Shown: positions 20,232 to 30,583 of the stretch, piece by piece
How positions within the stretch are numbered: the first letter of the stretch is position 1
Layout of the letters: every line of letters begins with the position of its first letter
The notes under the pieces: model-generated
What the model was told of the DNA's origin: nothing
The model's database searches: none
Seen by the model: the letters and a program-made list of their open reading frames with translations, nothing else
Assembly: GCA_965248925.1 (NCBI GenBank)
Contig: CBDFLE010000006.1
Coordinates: 3,680,001 to 3,744,000, forward strand
DNA: 64,000 nt
DNA from: Candidatus Multivoradales bacterium
Lineage (GTDB): Bacteria; Acidobacteriota; Thermoanaerobaculia; Multivoradales; J023
Direction: 5' to 3'
Program-made: the position numbers and the translations under genes

Positions 20232-22967
20232 TCAGCCTTCGGGCGGCGAAGCCACAGCGCGAAACTGCTCAGCTTCTGGGTGGCGCCCGAGCTGTTGGTA
20301 CAGCTCGGCCAGAAACTGGGCCGCTCGGCGGCCGAGTACTCGGGTCCTGTCGCTGCCTTCCGCGGCTGCCTCGAAGGCGATCAGCAGCTGCTCTTCGGCC
20401 TCGCCAAGGCGCCCGAGCTGGCGCAAGGTCCGGGAAAGGCCGAGGCGGGTGAGGAGGGTGTCTGGATCGCTGTCTCCGAGGTGGTTGGTGCGGAAGTCCA
20501 AGGCTCGTCGAAACTGAACCATGGCTTGGTCAAGCTGCTCGGCCCCTTGTAGCGCCGAGGCCAGATTGTGCCGTGCCAAGGCGGTGGCGGGGTGTTGCTC
20601 CCCATGCACCTGGCGTCTGGCCTCGAGCACCTGGCGAAAGTAGCGAGCTGCTTCTAGTGGTTGGTGCTTCTTGATCAGGAAGGAGCCGAGGTTGCTCAGT
20701 GTGCTCAGCAGGTCGTTGTGGGTCGGCTGCAGGTGCTGGCGTTGGATTTCGAGAGCTTGCCGCAGATACTCGATTCCCTCTTCTGTGCGTCTCTCACGGT
20801 AGCTGGCCGCCGCTAGATTGTTCAGCGTCAGGGCGATCGCTGGATGACTGGCGCCGTGCAAAGCGCGGTTGAATTCTAGTTCGCGCAAGAACAGGCTCTT
20901 GGCTTCTTCGATTCGGCCTTGGGCAAAAATGCTTTTGGCGAGTAAATTGAGTTCTTCGACCACTTTGGGATGGGCTCTGCCCCGTTCCTGGCGTTGAATC
21001 TCCAAAGTCTGGCGGAAGATCTGCTCGGCCTCGGTGTAGCGTTTTTCGATGTTGGCGGCTCGGCCCAGGCCTTGGAGGGTTGCCGCGAGGTCGATTGGGT
21101 TGGAGTCCGCATTGGCTCGATGCAGGTCGAGGGCTTCTTGGAAGTGTGTCTCAGCCAGATCGGTGTGGCCTTCCTGGAGCTCGAGCAATCCCAGGTGGGT
21201 CAAGCTGGCGGCGATCTGGCGATCCTCGGTGACCTCCGCTTGGCGGCGGAGGCGCAGCGCTTCGTCGAAGGCTGTCCGGGCCTGGTCGTAGTGGCCAGCG
21301 TCGAACAGCGTGACGCCCAAGTGGTCGAGACTGTCGGCCAGTCTTGGCGCCTCCGCGCCGAGTAGGCGGCGGTTCAGGGCGACTGCTTCTTCGAGCTGCT
21401 TGGAACTTCGTTCGTAGAGGCCCAGGTCGCGTTGCAGGACGCCAAATCGGTCGAGTAGAGCAGCTCGCAACCCAGGCTGATCCGCCAGTTCTGAATTGAG
21501 CACCTCGACTGCGCGATCGAACGCTTCCTTGACCGTCAGCTCTTCGCCGAGCAAGGTGCCCGCGGACTGAAAGATCTCAGCCAAGAACTGGAAGGTGCGT
21601 TCATTCTTGATTTGCTCCGCTTTCACTTCGGCCAGGCTGTCTTCGGCCCGCTGGCGCTCGCGATCGGCGATTCGCGCTTGCCAGGAAATCGCCACGATGC
21701 CGGCCAGCAGGGATGCGACCGCCAAGACGGTGGCGGCGACCCCGAGTCGGTGGCGGAGGACGAATTTGGAAGTTCGATAGCTCAAGGTGTCGCGCCGCGC
21801 ACTGACCGGCAGACCGCGTAGATGACGCTCGATGTCGTTGGCGAGCTGTTCCACCGAGGGGTAGCGGCGCTTGGGTTCCTTGCGCAAGGCCATCAGCACG
21901 ATGTTGTCGAGGTCACCTTCGAGCTTGCGCCGCAGCTTGGTGGTGGTCGCAGTGCGCGACTCGTCATGGCTGCCCGGCGCCGGCGTTGCCGCCGGTGCGG
22001 TGCGCTCGGGAGGGCGCGACAAGGCCAGGCTGGGACGTTCGATCGGTTCTTCGGTGACGATCCTGGCGGCTTCCGGGGAGATTCGTTCGGGCAGCCGGTA
22101 GGGGCGCTGGCCGGTGGTCAACTCGTAGAGCACCACGCCGAGTGAGTAGACATCTGAGGCGGTGGTGATCAGGGTGCCGCGCATTTGCTCCGGGCTAGCG
22201 TACTCCGGAGTCATCGGCCGCAAGTCGGCGGCGGTGGGGGTGACCCCCATCATCACCGGCAGAGGTTCGAGCAGCTTGGCGGTGCCGAAGTCCAACACCC
22301 TGGGCACGCCGTCGGCGGTGACCAGGATATTCGACGGTTTGAGGTCGCGATGCACCACCAGATTTTGGTGCGCGTATTGCACCGCGCTACAGATCTTGCA
22401 GAACAGCTCTAGCCGCTGGCGCAGAGAGAGGTCGGCGCGCTCGCAGTAGGTGTCTACTGGCTCGCCGTCGATGTGCTCCATCACCAAGTAGGGGCGTCCA
22501 TCCGCCAGCGTGCCGCCGTCGAGCAGCCTGGCGATCGAGGGGTGATCGAGGCTGGCCAGGATCTGCCGTTCCTGGCGAAAACGGGCGACGATGAAGTCGC
22601 TGTTCATGCCGCGGCGAATGATCTTGACCGCGACGTGCTGTTGGTATTGTTGATCGGCGCGGGCGGCGAGATAGACTGTCGACATGCCGCCTTGGCCGAT
22701 CTTGTGCAGGATCTTGTAATGACCGACGGTCTGGCCTTGCAGCGGGTCGAGATCCGTGGCCGTGGGATCCAGTCCGGGCCTGCCTAGCACCGGTGTTTCG
22801 ATAAAGTCGCCAGCGCGATGGTGATCGCGAAGTAGCCGCTGGACTTGGGCGAGCAGCTCAGCCTGGTCACCGCAGGCGTGGGCGACGAACTCTTGCTGCT
22901 CGTCCAACGGCAGTTCGACGGCTTCGGTGAAGAGTTGCTTGATGATTTGCCAGTGCTCGGAATCCAT
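20232..22967 (-). CDS. Ser/Thr protein kinase with TM helix and TPR repeats
   Basis: Start MDSEHWQIIKQLF; GQGGMS, VHRDLKPSN, LDFG, TPEYASPEQ, LEGDLDNIV; TPR array. Confidence 0.93.
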   Translation of the reverse strand: MDSEHWQIIKQLFTEAVELPLDEQQEFVAHACGDQAELLAQVQRLLRDHHRAGDFIETPVLGRPGLDPTATDLDPLQGQTVGHYKILHKIGQGGMSTVYLAARADQQYQQHVAVKIIRRGMNSDFIVARFRQERQILASLDHPSIARLLDGGTLADGRPYLVMEHIDGEPVDTYCERADLSLRQRLELFCKICSAVQYAHQNLVVHRDLKPSNILVTADGVPRVLDFGTAKLLEPLPVMMGVTPTAADLRPMTPEYASPEQMRGTLITTASDVYSLGVVLYELTTGQRPYRLPERISPEAARIVTEEPIERPSLALSRPPERTAPAATPAPGSHDESRTATTTKLRRKLEGDLDNIVLMALRKEPKRRYPSVEQLANDIERHLRGLPVSARRDTLSYRTSKFVLRHRLGVAATVLAVASLLAGIVAISWQARIADRERQRAEDSLAEVKAEQIKNERTFQFLAEIFQSAGTLLGEELTVKEAFDRAVEVLNSELADQPGLRAALLDRFGVLQRDLGLYERSSKQLEEAVALNRRLLGAEAPRLADSLDHLGVTLFDAGHYDQARTAFDEALRLRRQAEVTEDRQIAASLTHLGLLELQEGHTDLAETHFQEALDLHRANADSNPIDLAATLQGLGRAANIEKRYTEAEQIFRQTLEIQRQERGRAHPKVVEELNLLAKSIFAQGRIEEAKSLFLRELEFNRALHGASHPAIALTLNNLAAASYRERRTEEGIEYLRQALEIQRQHLQPTHNDLLSTLSNLGSFLIKKHQPLEAARYFRQVLEARRQVHGEQHPATALARHNLASALQGAEQLDQAMVQFRRALDFRTNHLGDSDPDTLLTRLGLSRTLRQLGRLGEAEEQLLIAFEAAAEGSDRTRVLGRRAAQFLAELYQQLGRHPEAEQFRAVASPPEG

Positions 22968-23070
22968 GCTCAGTAGGCCGTTCTTGGAGATGTTTTCACG
23001 ATATGTTATCTCGCTGGGCGGGTCTGGTTGGCGGGCCGGCCACAAGAAATAGGAATTTTGGATACGCGAA

Positions 23071-23820
23071 ATGGGGCGAAGACTTCTTTGGCTGCCGCTA
23101 AATCTGTTGCAGGCGGCCTTTCTGGGGCTGTGGTCCCTCGGCTGGATCTTGGCTGCCCTGGCGGTTCGCCTGATCGCCCGCAGTCCTGAGCCGGCGCTGG
23201 CCATGGCGCGGCGCCTGTGGGCGCCCGGATTGCTATGGGGTGCATTGGCCCGGCTCGAGGTTCGCGGCTTGGAACAGGTGGATTTCTCGCGTCCGGCGCT
23301 CTTTGTGATGAACCACCGGTCGCAGATCGATATCGTGGTGGCTTTTCGTGCCTTGCCGGTCAATTTGCGCTTTATCGTCAAAGACGAACTGCGCCGAGTG
23401 CCGGTGTTGGGTTGGTACATCGCTGCCATGGGCATGATCTTCGTCGACCGAAGGCGTCGTATACAGGCCCTCAACAGCATTGCCGAAGCAGCTCGTTTGC
23501 TGCGCGAGGGGCATTCGGTGTTCGCATTTCCGGAAGGTGGCCGATCCCGTGGCGGGCACCTGCGGTCGTTCAAGACCGGTGCTCTGCTACCTGCTATCGA
23601 AGCCGGGGTGCCGGTGGTGCCGATCGCCCTCGAAGGAGCGGACCGGATCTTGCCGCCGGATGGTTTTGCCGCCCGTCCCGGCAAGCTGCGGTTAGCCATC
23701 GGCGAACCGTTGGCGACCACCGGATTGGCGGCGGCCGACCGCCGTGAGTTTGCCCAACGGGTCCGCGACCAGGTGAGCGGACTCTATGATCAGCTGGTCG
23801 CAGAAGCGTGGCAACATTGA
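23071..23820 (+). CDS. PlsC-family (lysophospholipid) acyltransferase
   Basis: NHRSQID, FVDR, FPEGGRS. Confidence 0.92.
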   Translation: MGRRLLWLPLNLLQAAFLGLWSLGWILAALAVRLIARSPEPALAMARRLWAPGLLWGALARLEVRGLEQVDFSRPALFVMNHRSQIDIVVAFRALPVNLRFIVKDELRRVPVLGWYIAAMGMIFVDRRRRIQALNSIAEAARLLREGHSVFAFPEGGRSRGGHLRSFKTGALLPAIEAGVPVVPIALEGADRILPPDGFAARPGKLRLAIGEPLATTGLAAADRREFAQRVRDQVSGLYDQLVAEAWQH

Positions 23821-23895
23821 CCGCTCAGGGGGCATCTTCTAGGCTTGGGGCTCAGTAGGGGTGCGGGCGAAGATTTGCAGGGGAGCGACCCAACG

Positions 23896-24825
23896 ATGAC
23901 AGCAAGGACAGCAACAGCGATCTCAGAGCCCGGTGTGCCGAAGATGGCCGACGCCGAAGTACCGGAGTGGGTGAGAGGCTACCTGGGTTGGCGATCCGGC
24001 TGGCGGACTATTGCCGATGGGTTGGAGCTACGCCAGGTCGAAGGTGACGAGCATTGCCTGCTGTCCCTCCGGGCGACGGCAGCGGTGCTGCTCGACCAGC
24101 AAGATTTTACCGCTCGCACCGGGCAGCTCTATGACGCACTCGGCTCGCGCCTGCGGCTTTCCAGCCACTGCCATGCAATTCGTCTGTGGAATTTCATTCC
24201 CGACATCCTGCATCCCCTGGGCGATCTTCCGCACCGCTACATGGCCTTTAATGCCGGCCGTTTCCAGGCCTATTTGCGCTGGTTTGGCGATGTTACCGCG
24301 TTGACCCGACGGGTCCCGACCGCTTCGGCGGTAGGGCATCGGGGCGATTCCTTGGTGGTGCATTGCTTGGCTGCTGATCGCTGCGGTACGCCGGTCGAAA
24401 ATCCACTACAAGTGGCTTCCTACCATTACTCAAAATGCTATGGTTCGCCGCCCCCGACCTTCGCTCGGGCGACTCGCGTGGAGGGCGATGACTCCCTGCT
24501 GTTGGTGGGCGGCACGGCCAGCGTGCGCGGTGAGCACAGTACCCACCTGGGCCGACTCGAAAGCCAGCTCGACGATACCTTCGAGAATCTGGCGATGCTG
24601 GTTCAAGAGGGTTTGGGGGGTGGCGATGGCGGCGGCTTGGCGGCGGCTTGGCGACGTTTCCGAACCCTGCGGGTCTATTGGGTCGAAGCCGCTGACTTGC
24701 CGGTCATCCAACAGCGGGTCGAGCAGACCTTTGTCAGCGCCACTGAGATCGAATACGTCGCAGCCGAACTCTGCAGGCCAGAGCTGCTGGTCGAGATCGA
24801 GGGCGTTGCTGGACTGAGCGGCTGA
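23896..24825 (+). CDS. FkbO/Hyg5/XanB2-family chorismatase
   Basis: RLWNFIP, YMAFNAGR, PTASAVG, ENPLQV..Y.YS..YG..PP.FARAT, GTASV, CRPELLVEIEG. Confidence 0.88.
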   Translation: MTARTATAISEPGVPKMADAEVPEWVRGYLGWRSGWRTIADGLELRQVEGDEHCLLSLRATAAVLLDQQDFTARTGQLYDALGSRLRLSSHCHAIRLWNFIPDILHPLGDLPHRYMAFNAGRFQAYLRWFGDVTALTRRVPTASAVGHRGDSLVVHCLAADRCGTPVENPLQVASYHYSKCYGSPPPTFARATRVEGDDSLLLVGGTASVRGEHSTHLGRLESQLDDTFENLAMLVQEGLGGGDGGGLAAAWRRFRTLRVYWVEAADLPVIQQRVEQTFVSATEIEYVAAELCRPELLVEIEGVAGLSG

Positions 24826-26186
24826 TGGCCGCGGCACCGCCGCAGCTCGATGTAGTGGTGATCGGTGGTGGCCCGGCAGGGGCGATAACCGCCCGCCAGT
24901 TGGCTTTGGGTGGTCTCGATGTCGTGCTGCTCGAGCGCCAGCCCATGCCGCGTTTCCAGATCGGTGAATCCTTGCTTCCCAGAACCTTTGACCAGCTGCG
25001 TGACCTGGGGCTCGGTGCTCAGCTGGAGCAGCTGCCGAGAGTGACCAAGGGCGGTGCCGAATTTGTTGTCGGACACGGCTTGGATGCGCCTTCATGGGCC
25101 CACTTCAGCGAGGCCCTCGACGGTACCGGCGAGGAGTCGGTGAACATCACCAGGGCGCCCTTCGACGCCATGTTGGTCGAAGCGGCGAGAGAGGCTGGCG
25201 CGCGGGTCGAAGAAGGGGTGGGGGTGCGCGGCTTGAACTGTCTTGAGGAGGGCCGGGTGGAACTCGAGGCGAAAGGGCCGGAAGGTTCGTCGCGGCAGTG
25301 GCGAGCACGCTGGTTGGTCGATGCTTCAGGACAAGCGACGGTGGTCGGGCGCCATCTGGGGTCGCGACAGGCGCTGCCTCTAGAGCGCCGGGTGGCTTGT
25401 TTTGGCCACTTTCGGGGCGTTCGCCGGCATGCCGGGGAGGCGGGGGGGTACATCTCGATCGTGATCTGCCAGGAGGGCTGGTTCTGGCTGATTCCGCTGG
25501 ATGACGAGCACACTTCGATCGGGCTGGTGATCGACCAAGAAGCCGCCCGTAAGAGCGGCGTGGCGGCGCGGGAAGTGCTGGCATGGGGCATCGAGCGGTG
25601 CCCGGTAGTGGCTGAGCGTTGCCAAGCTGCGGAGTTGGTAGGCGCGACCCGAGTGCGTGCCGACTTCAGCTACTCCTGCCGGCCCTATGCCGGCTCAGGA
25701 TATTTTTTGGTCGGCGACGCTGCGACCTTCATTGATCCGATTTTTTCCACCGGTGTCTGTCTCGGCATGATGTCGGGCGCCGAGGCCGCCTTACATCTGC
25801 TGCGGATCCTCCGCCAGGGGCGGTCGGCCAAGCCCCTACTTAGGAAGTATCGGCGCTACGTCGAGCGCAGTTCGCGAACTTTCTACCGGCTGGTGGAGCA
25901 ATTCTACGATCCGGCGTTCCGCGATCTCTTTCTCGGTACCAAGGGGCCGCTGGGGGTGCATCGGGCGATGCTCTCGGTGTTGGCCGGCGATGTCTATCCG
26001 CGACCGCGCTTTTCAATGCGCTGGCGGATGGCCTTGATGGAGTTGTTTATCGTGTTGCAGCGGCGGGTAGGCCTGGCGCCACGGCGACAGGCCTACTCGC
26101 TACTTGATCGCGCTGGTGCTTCGTCCTTCCCCACCGCAGCAGCACCCGCCGCTGGTGGGTTCTCCTCGGCGCCCGTTGAGGAGTGA
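24825..26186 (+). CDS. flavin-dependent halogenase-family protein
   Basis: GGGPAG, RFQIGESL, KGGA, WFWLIP (WxWxIP), GDAATFIDPIFSTGV. Confidence 0.88.
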   Translation: MAAAPPQLDVVVIGGGPAGAITARQLALGGLDVVLLERQPMPRFQIGESLLPRTFDQLRDLGLGAQLEQLPRVTKGGAEFVVGHGLDAPSWAHFSEALDGTGEESVNITRAPFDAMLVEAAREAGARVEEGVGVRGLNCLEEGRVELEAKGPEGSSRQWRARWLVDASGQATVVGRHLGSRQALPLERRVACFGHFRGVRRHAGEAGGYISIVICQEGWFWLIPLDDEHTSIGLVIDQEAARKSGVAAREVLAWGIERCPVVAERCQAAELVGATRVRADFSYSCRPYAGSGYFLVGDAATFIDPIFSTGVCLGMMSGAEAALHLLRILRQGRSAKPLLRKYRRYVERSSRTFYRLVEQFYDPAFRDLFLGTKGPLGVHRAMLSVLAGDVYPRPRFSMRWRMALMELFIVLQRRVGLAPRRQAYSLLDRAGASSFPTAAAPAAGGFSSAPVEE

Positions 26187-27169
26187 GTCGGTCGGGAGTT
26201 GGCCCAGGTTTCCTGAACCAACTCACGGGGCCACAGGCGGCGGAAGCAGAACCACTGCTCCGGGTGCTGGCGGATGGCCCATTCGATCTCATTGGCAATT
26301 CGTTGTGCCGTGCGTTGGCTGTCGAGCTGACGATCAGCGTTGCGGTCGGCCTCGATCGGCTGGCGGAAGACGACTCGGGCGCGCCGCCGGCCTTCGCGAA
26401 AGACGAACACCGGCACGATGGGTACGGCCGCGGCGCGGGCCAGAGCGATGGTGCCCGCCGGCAGCAGGTAGGGCAGGCCAAACAAGCGCACCTCGACGGT
26501 CTTGCCGTGGGCGCTGGGGCGATCCCCCTGCAAAGCCACCAATTCTCCTCGCCGCAGGGCAAACATCAGCCGAGTGCCGATGCTCGCCTCGTTGTCAGCG
26601 AAATGCACGGTGTAGCCATCGCTGGCCTGAGCTGCCAGCTGCTGCTCGAGAAAAGCTTGGGCGCGAGGATCCATCTCACGCTCGCGAACGACGTTGACAT
26701 GCCGCTGGCTGCGTTCCGATGCGACCCATGAACCGGCTTCCCAATGGCCGATGTGGGCGGTCGCCAAGACCAGGCCGCGAGGGCTTTCGAGCAGTTGGTC
26801 CCAGGTCTCGTTGCCCTCCAGAACGGGTTCGATCTGGCCTCCGGGATGCTGTCTTTCGTAGCGCTCGGTGAGGCACCAGGCGTGATTCCACAAGGTGCGA
26901 AACCCCCGTCGCTGGCGGCGCCACCAGCCACAGGGTCCCAACACCGCTTCGAGGTTGCCGGCCACCGCTTGGCGTACTTGGGGCAAAAGGAGGAAGAAAA
27001 GGGCAGTAAAGGCGGCGGTCACCACCCACACCGCCCAGCCAGGAAGCAGTCGCAAAGCGCTGGCGTGCAGGCGGTACCAGAAGACGCCGGTGAAATGCAG
27101 CGGCCCGAGCAGGCGCCGAAGCCGGCCGACTTCAGGAGCTTGCGGTGGCGAGGGGGTTGCCGTTCTCAC
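26093..27169 (-). CDS. LpxL/HtrB-like lipid acyltransferase
   Basis: LVLATAHIGHWE, VALQGDR, HPEQWF. Confidence 0.88.
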   Translation of the reverse strand: MRTATPSPPQAPEVGRLRRLLGPLHFTGVFWYRLHASALRLLPGWAVWVVTAAFTALFFLLLPQVRQAVAGNLEAVLGPCGWWRRQRRGFRTLWNHAWCLTERYERQHPGGQIEPVLEGNETWDQLLESPRGLVLATAHIGHWEAGSWVASERSQRHVNVVREREMDPRAQAFLEQQLAAQASDGYTVHFADNEASIGTRLMFALRRGELVALQGDRPSAHGKTVEVRLFGLPYLLPAGTIALARAAAVPIVPVFVFREGRRRARVVFRQPIEADRNADRQLDSQRTAQRIANEIEWAIRQHPEQWFCFRRLWPRELVQETWANSRPTHSSTGAEENPPAAGAAAVGKDEAPARSSSE

Positions 27170-29649
27170 GAGAGCTTTTCACCGCCACCACCCCAGCCGG
27201 AGATCGTGGCTAGGGCGGGCAACACCAAGAGGGTAGCGACCAAGCAGGCGATGACCCCCAGCGATACCAGCAGGCCGCCACTGCGCAAGCCGGGTACGCT
27301 CGACAGCAGCAGGCTGCCGAAACCAACAGTCGTTGTCAGGGTGGTCAGCACCATCGCTCGGCCGGCATCTCGCACCGCGGCCGGCAACCCGCGAGCCGCC
27401 GAGCCGTGGACGGCGTGCAGGCCGTCATCGATGCCGATTCCCAGCAAGATCGGGATCACCGCTAGGCCGACCAGGTCGATGCCGAGACCCAGGCCGCTCC
27501 ACAGGCCGAGGGTCCACAGGGCTCCCAGAGTCACGGGTAGCAAGGCCAGCAGGGCCTGACGCCAGCGTCCCTTGAGCGAAATCGCCACCGTCACGGTGAC
27601 CAGCAGCAGGGCGAGCAGGCTGAGTCGGCGCAGATCGCCGGTCGCCAGTTGGCGGATCTCGCTGCCTAGAGCCGGCACCGAGGCCACCGTACTTTCGGGA
27701 GCAATGGACGCAAGTTCGGTGAGCCAACTAGGGGGAGGGCCGGTGGGCCACCGGCCGGAGGGCAAGCGGACCCGCAGCGCTGCCCAGCTGCCCTCTTCAG
27801 TCTGTCGCAGCAACTCGGCCAGCCATGGTGGATAGCCAGCTGAGAGCTGGACCGGGTCCTGGCCTCGGGCCAGAGCGCGGAGGGCGTTGAGGCCATCGGC
27901 GAAGGCTGCTGGCGCCAGGCCGTTGGCGGCCAGATCTCGTTGCAGGCTGTCGGCGGCGTTCTCCAGCTCAAGAGAGGTGAAGGCGGTCAGCCGTTCCGCG
28001 GAGCGACCGTCACCCAACCAACGCACCGGTGAGTTCAGTTCGATTTGCTGGCCTAGTTCGCGGCGCAGACTGGCGCCCACCGCTGCCGCTCGCCTGAGTA
28101 CCGTATCGAGATCCTCGCCAGGCACTACCACCGTCAGAGTGTCGGCACCCAGTCCAAAGTGGTGTGCCAGCAGCCGCTCGGCCTGATGCAGAGGGTGATT
28201 GGCCGGACGCAGGGCGCTCAACCCGGCGTCGAGGTGCAGCCGGCTCAGCCCCCCAAGCGCCAGTAGCGAGACCAGCGCGGTCAAGGCGAGCACCATCTTG
28301 GAGCGGCCGATAGCCAGCTTTACGCTCTGATCCACCAACCTACCGAGGCCCCGCCAGAGCATTCCCCGAGGGCGGCTGCGGCGCTTGGCTCCCCTGACCA
28401 GCAGCGCAGCTCCCAGAGTGGCGGTGGCGATCAGCACCCAAACAATACCCGGAGCCACCAAAAGGCCGAGTTCTCGCAGTGGTCGGAAATGTCCCAGACC
28501 GAGCACTGCGAAAGCCGCCGCGGTGGTCAACGCCGAGGTCAGAATAGGCGGGCCACAGTGGCGGAATACTGCGATCAAAGCGCTGCGGGCGGAAGCTCCC
28601 GCCAAGCACTCCTGGCGATATCGGGTGGCTCCGTGGATGGCGTAGTCGATCCCCAGGCCCACCAGGACGGCAGCGAAGCCCAGGCTGATGGCGGTCAGTC
28701 GGCCATCGGCGAGGCCCAAAGTGCCGGCGGTCCAGAGTAGGCCAACGAGCAAGGCCGCAGTCGCTGCCAGGGCGACGGCCAGGCCCTCGAAAGCGACCAC
28801 TAGCAGCAAGCCACAGCCGATCAGGGAGCCGCTGATAGTGCGTTCAAGATCGCCGCGCAGCAGCTTTTCGTCCCAGGCGGCGTAGAGCGGCCCGCCAACC
28901 GCTGCGAACTGCAGTTCAATGTCGGCCGCGCTGCGAACCACGGCGTAGGCCGCTTCGAGAGCGGCGATCAGCGCCCGGCCGCCGGCTGGGTCGATCTCGG
29001 CCTGCGCCGGGGTCAAGCTGACCAAGCTGGCGGAGCCGTCGGCGGAGAGGAACGCGCCGCTCAGAGGATCGATTGGCAGGCCGTCGAGATCGAGGCCGCC
29101 GAGCTGGTCGATCAATCCCAGTGGATCGCGTCGCAGCAGTGGCGCGCGGGCTGCGCCGGCTGGGGTGCGCAACAATGCTCGCAGCTGCGCCGCGCGTTGG
29201 GCGAGGGCCGCCGGTCGGGTGCGGGTAGCCATCTCGTTCGGGCCCTGGTCTCCCAATAGCAAGGCTGCTCGGGGTACCACTTGATCGAGGAAGAAGCGCT
29301 CGTCTTCGGGCTCTAGACCACTGCGCACCAGCCCCACCTCGGAGCTATTGGCGAGCTGCTCGGCGAGTCGGTCGGCGGCGTCGATCAAGGCGCCGGCGCG
29401 CTGCTCTGGATCGAGGGTCGAGGGGCTGGTGACGACGATGAAGACCTTTTCCAAACCACCGAAGCGTCGCTGAAATTCGGCATAGCCGCGAGCTGACGGA
29501 GATCCTTCGGGCAGCATCGCCAAAAGGTCGGTGTCGATGCGCAAGCGACTGGCCTGTGGTAATGCTAGCAAGGTGAAGAACAGGGCCAGGGCGAGGGTCC
29601 TACCGGGTCGGTTGGCGATGCTGCCGGCGAGCTTTTCAGCGAGGCTCAT
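27166..29649 (-). CDS. MMPL/RND-family exporter
   Basis: IDTDLLAMLP, GLGIDYAIH, GIGIDDGLH, LTTTVGFGSL; two TM bundles. Confidence 0.9.
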   Translation of the reverse strand: MSLAEKLAGSIANRPGRTLALALFFTLLALPQASRLRIDTDLLAMLPEGSPSARGYAEFQRRFGGLEKVFIVVTSPSTLDPEQRAGALIDAADRLAEQLANSSEVGLVRSGLEPEDERFFLDQVVPRAALLLGDQGPNEMATRTRPAALAQRAAQLRALLRTPAGAARAPLLRRDPLGLIDQLGGLDLDGLPIDPLSGAFLSADGSASLVSLTPAQAEIDPAGGRALIAALEAAYAVVRSAADIELQFAAVGGPLYAAWDEKLLRGDLERTISGSLIGCGLLLVVAFEGLAVALAATAALLVGLLWTAGTLGLADGRLTAISLGFAAVLVGLGIDYAIHGATRYRQECLAGASARSALIAVFRHCGPPILTSALTTAAAFAVLGLGHFRPLRELGLLVAPGIVWVLIATATLGAALLVRGAKRRSRPRGMLWRGLGRLVDQSVKLAIGRSKMVLALTALVSLLALGGLSRLHLDAGLSALRPANHPLHQAERLLAHHFGLGADTLTVVVPGEDLDTVLRRAAAVGASLRRELGQQIELNSPVRWLGDGRSAERLTAFTSLELENAADSLQRDLAANGLAPAAFADGLNALRALARGQDPVQLSAGYPPWLAELLRQTEEGSWAALRVRLPSGRWPTGPPPSWLTELASIAPESTVASVPALGSEIRQLATGDLRRLSLLALLLVTVTVAISLKGRWRQALLALLPVTLGALWTLGLWSGLGLGIDLVGLAVIPILLGIGIDDGLHAVHGSAARGLPAAVRDAGRAMVLTTLTTTVGFGSLLLSSVPGLRSGGLLVSLGVIACLVATLLVLPALATISGWGGGGEKLS

Positions 29650-30374
29650 CGTCGCGGGCTGCTCAGGGCGCTTGCCGGCGGGCTGTGGGGTAGGGGTTCG
29701 AGGCGGGCTCGGGCTACCGCCAGGCCGATCCGCAGCCCGTCCACCAGCGGCCGGTAGTGGCTGGTGAGGCGGCCATCGGCGGCGCCCAACCGGACCGCCA
29801 CGCTGCGCACTCGCATGCCCAGGCGACCGGCCCGGATCACCACCGCACTTTCGGCTTGGAAACGGGGTTCAGGGAAGCCGGTGGCATAGAGAAGTCGTCG
29901 CGTGTAGAGGCGAAAGCCGGTCTGGATATCACTCAGCTGCAAACCGGCGAGGCGCGAGATCAACTTCGAGGAGAGCCGGTTGCTGACCCTGCGCAGGCCA
30001 CCCATCTCGGCAAAAACATGGTCGCGGGTGCCGAGCACTAAGTCGGCCCCTGTGGCGGCTTCGAGCAGCACCGGAATCTCTTCCGGCAGGTGTTGACCAT
30101 CGGCATCGAGGGTCACGATGCGATCGTAGCCGGCGGCGAAGAGGTGGGTGAAGCCGGTGCGTAACGCATTGCCCTTGCCGAGATTGTGCGGCGATCGCAA
30201 CACCTCGGCGCCGGCCTGGCGGGCAAGCTCGCCGGTCGCATCCGCCGAGCCGTCGTCGATCACTAGCACCGTCGGCGAGATGGCGAGCGAGCGTTCGACC
30301 ACGTCGGCAACTGTGGCGGCGGCTTGAAAAGCCGGTATGGCGATGGCTAGCTTCCCGTTAGAGGGTTCTTGCAT
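29646..30374 (-). CDS. glycosyltransferase family 2
   Basis: IPAF, VIDDGSAD, NLGKG, LDADGQH, DIQTGFR, SHYRP. Confidence 0.92.
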   Translation of the reverse strand: MQEPSNGKLAIAIPAFQAAATVADVVERSLAISPTVLVIDDGSADATGELARQAGAEVLRSPHNLGKGNALRTGFTHLFAAGYDRIVTLDADGQHLPEEIPVLLEAATGADLVLGTRDHVFAEMGGLRRVSNRLSSKLISRLAGLQLSDIQTGFRLYTRRLLYATGFPEPRFQAESAVVIRAGRLGMRVRSVAVRLGAADGRLTSHYRPLVDGLRIGLAVARARLEPLPHSPPASALSSPRR

Positions 30375-30583
30375 GAAAACTTCGGGGTGGTCGCCTGGGC
30401 GAATTCTGGTTGCCGGATACAGCTGCTGGCAGCGATGAGCTGCTAGAGTCAGCGGCGAGCGGAAGAGCCGATTATAGACGATCCGGCGGCACAGACGAGT
30501 CGCTGGCGATGGCGGTCCAGTGTTACCTAGAGATTCGTTGACTTGATGACGATTTCTGACCAGAATTTTTATTGCCCAGAGCC

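Noticed and set aside
22968-23720. 250-aa N-terminal extension of the TPR kinase
   Set aside because: Antisense shadow of the PlsC gene; the family-typical start is MDSEHW at 22967
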